A DNA stretch of 64,000 bases from Antedon mediterranea (lineage: Eukaryota > Animalia > Echinodermata), in contig NC_092670.1 in the NCBI RefSeq assembly GCF_964355755.1, forward strand, positions 11,828,795-11,892,794, read 5' to 3'. The translations under genes and the position numbers were made by a program. Shown here in pieces: positions 24,781 through 36,608 of this stretch (position 1 is the stretch's first letter; each line of letters opens with the position of its first letter). The notes beneath the pieces are model-generated. The model was not told where the DNA came from. It saw only the letters and a program-made list of their open reading frames with translations, and made no database searches.

Positions 24781-25821
24781 GATCCGGCTAGGCCTACTTT
24801 CTAGCCTCTCTTGTCCTAGCCTACTACTAGCTAAAAGCCTAGGTAGGCTACTAGCTAGGAAGTACAGGGCCAAGCAAGCAGTGTTAGGCCTACTGTATTG
24901 AATTTGGAGCTAGACTTGATTGAGTGACTGTTTGTGGTTTATAGGATAAGTCGGTGAAACTGTAATCATGTAGCCATAAAATAAACATCAGCAGGGTTCG
25001 AGCAAAGCTCACTCGCTCCATGCATGTACATGGCGGTAGCCCTGCTACTACTATACTAGGCCTATACTACTACCTAGATAACGTGTAAATTATACAAAAT
25101 ATGATATATCTAGAGTTCTACTAATTGCACTTTTTAACAATAAAACCTAAATTTTAGCTTGTTATATGTAAATAATTATTAAAATCGACAATTCTACATG
25201 TCACGTTGCTGCAGGGCATAGTAGTAAAGTAATAGTTGATTCAATTCAATTTAAATTTAATTTATTTTCCACATACTACACAACTACTACAACCTAGTAC
25301 ATGGAGGATGCATATATTAAGATCTGTGCAGACTTATTGATGTATGTAATGCATCAACTCAGTTTCTTTTGTAACGCAAAGTTTGTTGATTATTAAACAT
25401 TTTATAGGTCTAGGCCTATATCTCTCTAGAATTGAGGTTTTATTGTTATTTTAGAACTGTAGATATATCATATTTTGTATAATTTTACACTTTACTATTT
25501 AGATGGACGCGATTAAAAAAAATTATTTGAATGTATATGTCCATGTGGAGGTATTTAATAACTCCATGGTGGTTATGTCCATACCATTGGTTGGCTTATT
25601 GTAATTTGTATATAGTCTGATAGATAATCAAATGTACAGTAGGCCATCCTAAAAAGAGCATCACTTTGATTTTAATTTAAAAATATTTGAATGGACACCA
25701 AAGGCCTATTGTAGTTTTCATATATGCTAGTCTACTATATATTGGTTTTTTTTTTTTAATATAGAATTTCAAGAAGCACCTAGCCTACTGTAGGCCTGAG
25801 TAGGGGTAGTAGCAGCGCAAT

Positions 25822-28617
25822 ATGGGAGATGATAAGGTATGTATTTTTGTACTACTATAGGCCTAGTTTTAAATAGATAATTTGCTGTGACATATTATTA
25901 TGATAAAAAAAAAAAAAAAATTTAAGAAAATTTAGGTTTCTTTGAGTTATTATTGAGCATATAAAAATTTATTTTAAAAAAATTAAAAAAGAATCAATAT
26001 TTTGTAATTCAGCTACTCGCACACTGCCTAAACCAAGATCTTTATATTTTGGCTCAACAATCATGATCGCACAAAAGCACAGATAAAGATATCTCGCCAA
26101 CTGATGCTGTGATGTGGCAAACATACATACTGGCAAATTAATAATATTACTGTTTAAAGACCCATTTCTTAAAATTTTTTACGTTTTGTGAAAATAAAGC
26201 ATATTACTTTAAAAGCATTACATTTTTAACCGTTCTAAGACGAAAAAAGTTATCGAAATATCACCATATATTATTTATTTTTACATTAAATGTAGTTTGT
26301 GACCTTAAGTTAGATCTAAAAAACATAGGGAATGGGACTTTAAATCAGTGAATTTTTTTTATTGTAATCCAAATTCTTGCAATTCTCCACCAAATTAACA
26401 AACCAATCCGGTCAAGTGTTTCTTAATTGAAAAACTAATATCAGAAGAAATTGAGGTTGAAAATACTGGTGACCACCTGAAATTACAAACAATACAGTTT
26501 ATGTACAGTTATTGCCGAAAGTTGTACAGTTACATAAAACATGGGATCCGTAAAATCCAGGTTGAACTTAAATTCAGGTTGACCTTAAAGATGTATTGTC
26601 CCTTGAAACACAAAAAATGAAAAAAAAAATATTCTAAATTTAAATTGGCCATATCAAAGTAATATTAAAGTTATTCACTTTAAGTCGAAAATTCGAGCCA
26701 AAAACAACAGTTTACGTAATTAACAGGTAAATTAATTAGATTACATTTCGTCTGAGAAATCGTCGCAAGCGAAAGTAAACAAATATTTCAAACCATGAAT
26801 ATGCATTATGCATGATGCTAATTAGGATTGTTTACAACTCATCACGGTTGAGAAGGTGTTTTCACACAGATCGCGAGGAAGTTTATGATTATGCATACAG
26901 AGTAGCCAAACAAGCGCATTGCATTATGGGATATGTTTTGATTGAAAACTTTGACTGGAAGTCAAAGTTATTTTTTGAACAAAAAAATATCTGTATTTCG
27001 GTAAAATTATTTTTTTTTTGACTAATTTTTGGTGAAAGTTAATAACTATTATGATACTTCAAAATGACCCACTTTTTTTTCGAAATTTAAAAAAAAAATT
27101 TTTTTGGGAATTAGTCAAAGGGACAATACATCTTTAAATTAACCCCAACAATTTGTTCCTAGCTAAAAAAGGCTGCAGTGTTTAGCTATATACTGTAGCT
27201 AAACTAGATCTAACTTATTATTATTACATTCTATTTTTTATTTATTTATTTATTGACTACTTTTGAAACATTTATTATATATACTTTTTGAATAATTTTT
27301 TCTGGTATTTCTTCTGGTATTTATGTTTCTCAAACATATATAAGTGCATTCTACTTTAAAAAACAAACTGTCATGTTATTACACAATGATGACGTATCTT
27401 ATGAAAATTGAATTGAAATGATGACGTATCTTATGAAAATTGAACTAGGGAACGTAGAAATCAGGGTATGTAAAATTAATGTTCTAATGTATGTGTATTA
27501 TTAAGTTTATACGTTGAGTTTTCTTTAATCCATGGTTTATAATTAAAAAATTATTTATTAATATTATTATATTATATATACCCCTCAACAATGTCCTTAA
27601 ATTTATTAACATTTTTTATACACATTTCTCCTGTCTGTAGATACAGCCAACAAATTCTGACCCAAAAGAGAAATTTAAACCTCAGAACAGGAAGAAACTA
27701 AGTCAACGAGAAATTAATGCTCTTCCACCAGTACAGAGGAGTAAATATCTAGCAGTGAGTATAATGTATCCAGCATTTGTGGAAGATTTTTAAGTGATAT
27801 TTATACCCTCTTCATGTGTGCATTGCATCAGCTGTGATGTAATTGGTGGTAGTCTTTGAGTTTTTAGATACCGTACTCCCAAATTGCCAGACACATCCCA
27901 GATGTGCTTTTACTGACTTTTTATTTTTTTACTTTTAGTATGAAGAACCATCAAAAAATGCCCTGGAGGCAATATCTAATTCTAAAAAAAGAGTCCAGGA
28001 AAAACAGAAGAAATTAAATGAAAATGAAAAAATAAAAAATGAGTTCAATGTAGAAAAGGAACAACATAGTCAACTTATAGGCCAATTAAAGTAAGAAGTT
28101 TTTATGATTTCTTTATTTTTATATATTTGTTGAATTGTTAGTGGTGTATACTCTAGCTTCCTTTAATCCATCACAAAAACAATGCAAATACTCAGATAAA
28201 CGAAAATGGGAAAATTTAAAATTTGGTTGATGTAGAAAATGAACAGAATATATCTATAGTCAACTTTTCAAGATTATATTTTTCCAATTGTTGGTGGTGT
28301 ATAGCTTCCTTACTCCATTACAAATACAACATAAATGCACATATTTCAAACATATTTAAATTAACTCAAATCTTGAAACCCAGATTTTTGGTTTTTCTTC
28401 TTTTTCAAGTTTTTGAAGTTTGTGTTATTATATAAACTTGTATAAACCAGACCTTTCTACAAACTTTGCTTTCTTTTGTACTTGTATTATTATAGTATTT
28501 GTGACTTTTTTATATTATTATTAAAATTTAATTGTTGGTCTCTCTCACGCAAAAGGCAATGCATATATCAACTAAACAGTTAATGACGGCCTGATGTTAA
28601 TCATGAGGACAGCTAAC

Positions 28618-28652
<35 letters not shown>

Positions 28653-31600
28653 CATACTGTAAATTATAGAAACAGTGCTCATATTCGGAACATGATCTCA
28701 TAATCGCGTCGAGCATAGCTCATTGGCGAAAGTTCCGTATTTTTTAGTTGTATGAAAAAATGTCTCTGGCGGGATTCGAACCTGCAACCTCTCGATTACA
28801 GGGCGAGTATCATACCACTAGACCACAGAGCCATGTATGGTATTATCACAGATTTTCACCCACCAGATACATTCTCTCATACAACAAACGCCCTCACAAT
28901 CAGTGGAGGCTCGATTATGAGATCATGTTCCGAATATGAGCACTGTTTCTATAATTTACAGTATGATTTATATATAATTTACACAGTGCTACGCAACATC
29001 ATTGATTTATATATATATATATATATACACTGTATATATCAGGAAAGAAATAGGTGCTGCACAGGCAAGATCATGTATAAACATAAAACGGACACATTTC
29101 TTGTTTCTGCCTCAAAATAAAATATTTATTGAACGAGTACTGTATTATATAATTATTATTATACTTATATAATTTAGATGTAAAAAAATATGAAGAAAAT
29201 GTTGTATGTATGTATAGTAGTACTGCATTATATATATATTATTATAATAAATATTATACTTACATATTAATTATATTGTGGAATAAATCAGTATAATTAT
29301 ATTATGATTTGTCTCAACAATTTCAAATCATGTTTTCTGCAATATTTTACTAACTGTAGATCAATTTATACCTCCATGCTTTAGATGATCAATTCTTTAT
29401 CAAATCAGTTTTTGTTTTACTATTTAAAGTCAATATCTGATTACATACCCTAATTATGTTACCACGCACCTAATGCCTTAGTTACATTTGAGGGTAGAAA
29501 TCTGATCCGTTCAAATTCTTAAATATCAGACTTTATGATATGATTCAAGTTTTATGTTTTTGAAAATAAGTAGTTTATTTAATAAGCTGGTAGATATGCA
29601 GGAATGATGACTTAAACACCTGGATGATACTTTCATTGTCAGTTATTTTTCGCCTTTTTACAAAATATTTTTTTATTAAATGAATTAATGCTACAGTACT
29701 GTAGTAGAATAGATTATTTTAATTACCTAAATAATCAAAGTTTTCTTTTGTTTTTCTAGTGCTTGTCCGGTTTTTATTGTAATATAATAGATTTTTAACA
29801 TACTTTAAATGACAGTTTAAACAATATTATCTACTTTGTTGATATACAGTATATTTGTGCAATGGAACAAATAATTTCATTCAGTCAAAGAGAATACTGT
29901 AATAAAATGTGATAAAATAATAGTCATATTGCCTGCATCTCTGGAAAAAATTCCATAACCTTTGTATTTAATATAGTTGTTTTTGGCTTTTTACCAAACA
30001 ATTAAACCGGCCAGAATTTTAAACGTTCTTCTATCAGTATCATAATTCATATTATATTTCTTTTGTTGAAAATGGCACCCTGACATTTATCATCCAATTC
30101 CCCTTATCAACAATTCCTATTTTGTTCTTAACTAGGTTAAGAATAATTAACTAACACAATATTCTATTGTTAGTGAAGAGTATTTATGAAACACTATGTA
30201 CATGAATGTGTGTATTATTTCATGGGTTAATTAAAGAAGTTGATTTAGAGCACCAACAAGTCTTACAATTTTGACTATTCTTATAATTTTAATTTTTAGA
30301 TTAATTTTTTTACATATGAAATTTTAATTAAAGATAAATTAATAATAAATAAATCAGAAGCTCCGCAGAAATTTCTTTCTTTTTGGCTGTTTTACTTTAA
30401 TCATTTTGCTTATTATTATTTGGTTTCCATTGAGATACAGCAACTGATACTCACATCATTGCCATTTTTAATAAATAATATACTATTATATTTTATTAAT
30501 TATGACTATTTTTTTTACAGAGCAGCTGAGGCTAGGAATCGGTTACGTGTTATAAGACTAAGATACCAAGCTAATAGGGTGAGTTATTGATATTGCCTAT
30601 GATATCATCATAATATCATCATTATGTTATTACCTTATTATCATCATGATCGTCATCATAATTATGACAGCAAAAAAATAAATAAAAAAATACAGATGAA
30701 GCTTAAATTCTTTTTCTAGGCCCAAGAAGTCAAGCATCTGATATCGTGTCAACCCACAGCAATCAAGGCTGTCCGTCTGCAAGTCCTAGTACCTCCTTAC
30801 CCTGATAATGACAGCCCAGGAGATGCTCTTGATAAGCTCCAAGTAAGCAGTATTTTTAATATAATTTTTCTTTTTACTTTTATAATTATGAACCACCATG
30901 TTCACTTTTATCTAGAAAATAAATTTGTTACTACAACTTGTTTTTTCTTTATTATAGTTTAAGCATAGGATGTTACAGTATTACTTGATATATATAAGCA
31001 CTCGAAAACCATGTAAAATATTAGTAAAATTCTTAGTTTTATTGTTAATGTTTATTGTTTTTAGAATACACTCATACAGTTGTATGGCACGCTCACAGAC
31101 ATTCTGAGCTTTACTACCGCGAGGGGCGCTGTTTCTAACTTAATTGCCCAATTAGCAGCCTGCTGTATAGGATTAGTTCTCAACACCATATTGTATACTC
31201 TAGTACCCTGTACTCTTATAACATCTTTCTTTTGTAGACATCAAACTAACATTGAAAACACATACACCCACACACAAAAAAAGACAAGAATAAAAAAAAT
31301 CCCAGACAAATCTTTATTTTAATTTTCAACAACACTGGCCTAAATATAGTCATTATTTTGATGATCCATATTTTCAACCAAGCCATACTGTGTTTTTTTA
31401 AACATTAATCATTCAGTAGCTATATTTAAATTAAAATAGAAGTGATTTTCCACATGTTTCATATCCATTATTAAATTAAAACACTAAAGATAGTGCATAG
31501 GACATATGCTATGTTTGCTATTAAATGCTATCACAAAGAGAGCGCAGGCTAATTAGTTTATATAGCTCCATATGTAGTATATATAATGTGCTTTTCTGAA

Positions 31601-32589
31601 TTAACACATAAAAACAATTCTCTAATTTAGTAGTCAACAGGTTACATTTTGAATATAAAAGATTAAAGTATTATTATTATTTTAAAATTACCAACACACA
31701 TCCATTTAAAAACCATGGTTTTAAGTTATTATTGAGTTTTTGTCCGTTTTATAATTACCATACAGTTCTCATCCAATTGAAAACCATAATTTTAGAATTT
31801 GTTGCTGTTTTTTGTCTTAGAATTTACCAACATATGGTTTAGCATGAAATTTGTTTTTCTCTTCAGTATTTGGAGACTGTACTGTTATAAACTATGACAG
31901 TTCACTAGAATCCTTAGTCCCTGTCATAGATCTGTTTTTTGTTTGCATTTTATTATTCAATTCAAAAGTACATATTTATTTTTCTCTTCCATTTCTTTAG
32001 TATTGTCCCCCAAAAACATGAAAAATGAAGATTAATTAAATAAGAGTTTGAATATGTTATTTTGTAGTTTTGATCAAGTTAATCACTTCCATAGAAAAAA
32101 AAACGAAAAACAAACGTTTTCTCTTATAAAATGACAGAAATAAATAGTTAAATTCAACCAAAAATACATTGGCTGGCAGCCAATTTGACCATTTTTGGCT
32201 TTAAATTACAGTTTTTCAGGTAAACACATTTTTTTTCGATCCAATTTTTGGTCAAAGTGGATAATTATTATGCTACATTAAAATGGCGTATTCAACAAAA
32301 ATTGTGTTAAGAATTATGTTTTCAGGGGGACAATACATCTTTAAGTGACTTAACTATATAAACAAAAAATATATAAATATTATATTTTTACCTGCTTATA
32401 CATTTCTTCAGCAACCTTTTTTGGGGTAATCATACACACGGCTTTATGCAGTGTCTGCCTCATAAACTAGTTACTGCAGAAACTGCAGTAGAATAACGGT
32501 TCCTAATGTTCTTAATTCAACAGCGTAAACGTGTTGAAGAATTGCTAGAAGATGAGAAGTGTTTAACGACGGACAGAGAGTTATCATGA
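25822..32589 (+). CDS. LKAAEAR1: LKAAEAR motif-containing protein 1-like, about 175 aa (exons 25822-25836, 27641-27754, 27939-28090, 30521-30578, 30720-30842, 32524-32589)
   Basis: The hand-spliced product contains RSKYLAYEEP...LIGQLKAAEARNRLRVIRLRY...HLISCQPTAIKAVRL...RKRVEELLED. Exons sum to 528 nt with GT-AG introns. Missed by the ORF track because the exons are short. The first coding exon is the least certain. Confidence 0.88.
26589..27133. mobile_element. Kolobok-like MITE, complete copy
   Basis: TIR AGATGTATTGTCCC / GGGACAATACATCT with TTAA on both sides. Confidence 0.85.
28643..29010 (-). mobile_element. tRNA-derived SINE-like element with inverted terminal segments, flanked by (TA)n
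   Basis: Minus strand 28832-28762 has an A box (TGGTCTAGTGG) and a B box (GGTTCGAATCC). ~62-bp inverted repeats lie at 28643-28705 and 28912-28975. A related body sequence occurs at about 1820-1950. Confidence 0.65.
32000..32344. mobile_element. Kolobok-like MITE of a related subfamily
   Basis: Ends TATTGTCCCC...GGGGACAATACATCTTTAA share the TIR of the 26589 family; the interior is different. Confidence 0.6.
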
Positions 32590-33329
32590 ATTTGACAATG
32601 AATCAAGAATTCTGAATCAGAAACACCAAATCAAACAGATGTATATGGATATGTTTACTTATTCAAAACACATATTTATACAGACTGCTCGTTTACAAAC
32701 CAATACGCTTATTACGTCATAGTCTGCTTAGTGTCACCTTTATGCAAATAAATCAGGTGTACCATTCTTTCTTTCTGTGTAAATTTACTTTTTTTATTAT
32801 TCATTTGTTGTAGTACACACAGTATCGGTATATATGCAAATATATGCAAATGAAGGCAGGTGTCATTCGAGGATAAATCTAACATTTATGAGAAAGTTAA
32901 TGTAATTTTATAAATGAACATTATTGAAAACAAAAATTCAAGTTTACATTTTAAGTATTTATTCAAACAAGACAGATTTGATCCGAAAATAGTATTGTTG
33001 TAATTTTACATTTTTGATAAATGCTGTTATTATTAGATTATTATTATGAAGGTAAAGTTAGATAGAGATAAATAAAAACTAAACTCGTAAACCATTAAGT
33101 TTCTAGTATTCAATTAAGGTCTGTTTCTGCTGCATAGCACCAAATAAATAGTTTATTTCAAAATAGAATTTAAATATGTTAATTTTCTTTTAAATAACTT
33201 TTTAAATCCGTAGTGGGTTGTTATATCATTGTGCTTTATATGAAAACCTTCTCAAAGCTGTGTACACTGGATCTCAAGTTTTAAGTTTTTATCTAAAATT
33301 GGCCTTTAGAAGACTCTTGTTCTACCATC

Positions 33330-34210
33330 GAATTTTAAAAGGTGGATATTTTGGCCATTTTTCGAAAAAATTCCTGTATTTTAGTACGCCTAGTACAGGG
33401 AAATTTTCGAAATATGGCGAAATTTCGACCTTTTTATTTTTTACTTAACTAGTTACTATGGCTCTATAAGATGATGATAACACAATATAGGCGCATATAT
33501 GGCAATATAATCGCATAATTATTGAATTTTAAAAAGTGGATATTTTGTCAATTTTTCGAAAAAATCCCTGTACTATTACAGTAGTAGGCCTAGAGGGAAA
33601 TTTTCGAAAAATAGCGAAATTTCGACCTTTTTATGTTTTACTTAACTAGTTACTATGGCTCTATAAGATGATGATAACAAAATAAAGGCGCATATATGGC
33701 AATATTATCGCATAACTATTGAATTTTAAAAAGTGGATATTTTGGCCATTTCTCGAAAAAATCCCTGTACTATTAGTAGGCCTAGAGGGAAATTTTCGAA
33801 AAGTGGCGAAATTTCGACCTTTTTATTGTTTTACCTAACTAGTAATACTATGACTCTATGAGATGATGATAACACATCATATATATGGCAATATTATCGC
33901 ATAATTATTAAATTTTAAAAATTGGATATTTTGGCCATTTTCGAAAAAATCTCTGTACTATAGTAGGCCTAGAGGGAAATTTTCGAAAAATGGCGAAATT
34001 TCGACATTTTTATTTTTTACTTAACTAGTTACTATGGCTCTATAAGATGATGATAACACAATATAGGCGTATATATGGCAATATTATCGCATAATTTTTA
34101 AATTTTAAAAGGTGGATATTTTGGCCATTTTTCGAAAAAAATCCCTGTACTATATAGTAAGGCCTACAGCGATTTTTTTTTCGAAAATAGCTAATTATCG
34201 ACGGTTTAAA
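33330..34210. repeat. Tandem repeat, unit about 190-197 bp, about 4.5 copies
   Basis: GGATATTTT recurs at about 33344, 33538, 33735, 33924 and 34114, each followed by conserved downstream sequence. Confidence 0.9.
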
Positions 34211-35102
34211 ATACGTATTGAGGTAACTCGGAGATCACAATAATCCTGTGTATGTAGGCGTACGTAAAAAGGGTCTAAATTTTGCCATTTAAAAAAATAT
34301 CCATGTTATAGACCTACTATGTAGCCTACAGCAAAAAATGACTAAAATATGTATTGAAGTAACATGCGCAGAACACATTATATGTATTGAAGTAACATGC
34401 GCAGAAGAACACGTTAGGCTAAATAGGCTATGTATTGAAGTAACATGCGCAGAACACGTTAGGCTATATAGGCTATGTATTGAAATAACATGCGCAGAAA
34501 ACGTTAGGCTATTATAGGCCATGTATTGAAGTAACATGCGCAGAACACGTTAGGCTATAATAAGGTTATGTATTGAAGTAACATGCGCAGAACGCATTAT
34601 ATGTATTGAAGTAACATGTGCAGAACACGTTAGGCTATTATAGGCTATGTATTGAAGTAACATGCGCAGAACACGTTAGGCTATATTGGCTATGTATTGA
34701 AGTAACATGCGCAGAAAACGTTAGGCTATATAGGCTATGTATTGAAGTAACATGCGCAGAAAACGTTAGGCTATATAGGCTATGTATTGAAGTTACATGC
34801 GCAGAACACGTTAGGCTATTATAGGCCATATATTGAAGTAACATGCGCAGAACACGTTAGGCTATATAGGCTATGTATTGAAGTAACATGCGCAGAACAC
34901 GTTAGGCTATATAGGCTATGTATTGAAGTAACATGCGCAGAACACGTTAGGCTATATAGGCTATGTATTGAAGTAACATGCGCAGAAAACGTTAGGCTAT
35001 ATAGGCTATGTATTGAAGTAACATGCGCAGAAAACGTTAGGCTATTATAGGCCATGTATTGAAGTAACATGCGCAGAACACGTTAGGCTATATAGGCTAT
35101 GT

Positions 35103-35725
35103 GATTGATTGATTGATTGATTCTTTTATTTTTCACACAACATTCATAAAAATATAAATAAAAAATTAAGTACAATAAAGTGTGAAAAACAGGGTAACCA
35201 CAAGCAAGCAAAGCTTTTAATCTGTGGCACCCTAACTTAAAATATAAATTTACAAAATATATTACAAAAATGTTTTCATGTAGTAAATAAATGAACGAAA
35301 ATACAACGTACTATAATATAATATATATATATATATACTTCACAGTCTCAGAATATATACGAAAATGTAATTAATTAAGTTAATGTTAGACATATTTTAC
35401 AAATGGTGTTTTCGCAAAGATATATTGTTTCTTTATAACTATTAATGCATTTATTTAGTAATAGTTTTTTAAATATTGATATATTTTCACTCTCTCTTAT
35501 ATTTCTTATAAGTTGATTCCATAGCTTAGGTCCTCTATATGCTATACTTTGCTGACCCATATTAGTTGATTTTAATTTTATACAATAATTGTCTTTATTT
35601 CGAGTGTTATATGTATGATAATTATCAAATAAACTGAATAAAGAATTAAAACATTTTGGAAGTTGTCCTTTTTGGTATTTAAACATAAAATTTAAAACAC
35701 TGTTTTTATACAAATCAAATATATT
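35103..35725 (-). mobile_element. 5'-truncated CR1/L2-group LINE (3' end)
   Basis: ORF2 C-terminus HTYNTRN...SIAYRGPKLWNQL...FKK; minus-strand AATAAA followed by an (AATC)n tail. Confidence 0.85.
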
Positions 35726-36044
35726 AATTCAAATTCAAATTCAAATAAACATTTATTTCTTTCATTCATATTTGAGTAAAAAACATTATAATTTCTGATA
35801 CTTTATAAATAAATATTTTTTGTTGTTTTAGAGATATAATACAGTAAATCATAATGTATAAAAAGATGATTCAGTTATATACAAAATGAAAGAGGCAAAA
35901 AAACCCAAGAAAGTATCGATCATCAATTGGAAAACAAAAAAATCCAATTGAAACTTGTATGTTGGGAAGCCATGTAAGAAGATTATATACTTATATATAT
36001 AAATGTAATCATATAACTACTACACAAACACATATAGATCAACA

Positions 36045-36096
<52 letters not shown>

Positions 36097-36608
36097 AACA
36101 GTAAAGGAAGCAATTTCGAAAAAGTTTCTAAAGTTAAAAAAATATTACAAAATAGAGAAAACAATTAGTCATAATTTGAAATAAGATATTCTTTAAGTTT
36201 AAAAGAGAACATTTTGCTAGAAGACGATGATGAAATTTCGGGAGGTAGGTTATTGAATAGTTTAGAACCACTATAGCGAATGTTATGTTTCATTTTAGTT
36301 AGTTTAGGTTGAGGAAGATGAAGGTCCCGTGATGCTCTTGTGTTATACGAATGGAATTCAGAGTTAGTTAAAAAATTACGGGAAAAGTTAGAAGGCAGTT
36401 TGGAATTAATATGTTCATAAACGAAAATGCATTGTTGAAGTTTATTAATATCGTGCACAGTTAAGAGTTTAAGGTTATAAAAAAGGATATTAGTATGAGC
36501 AAGACGTGAGTTACCCGAGATAAGACGAACAGCTTTCTTTTGAAGGACGTGTATTTTATTAAGATTTGAAGGGTAAATGTGCCCGTTTTCTGAGAAGAGG
36601 GATTGAAT
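35726..36608 (-). mobile_element. Second 5'-truncated CR1/L2-group LINE (3' end)
   Basis: LQKKAVRLI...HTNILF..LKLL...HSYNTR...IRYSGSKLFNNLP; (TTTGAA)n tail at about 35726-35746; (CA)n in the 3' UTR. Confidence 0.85.

Noticed and set aside
28762-28832. Functional tRNA gene
   Set aside because: A and B boxes are present, but the acceptor stem has a mismatch, the anticodon arm is irregular, and it sits inside a repeat. Treated as tRNA-derived.
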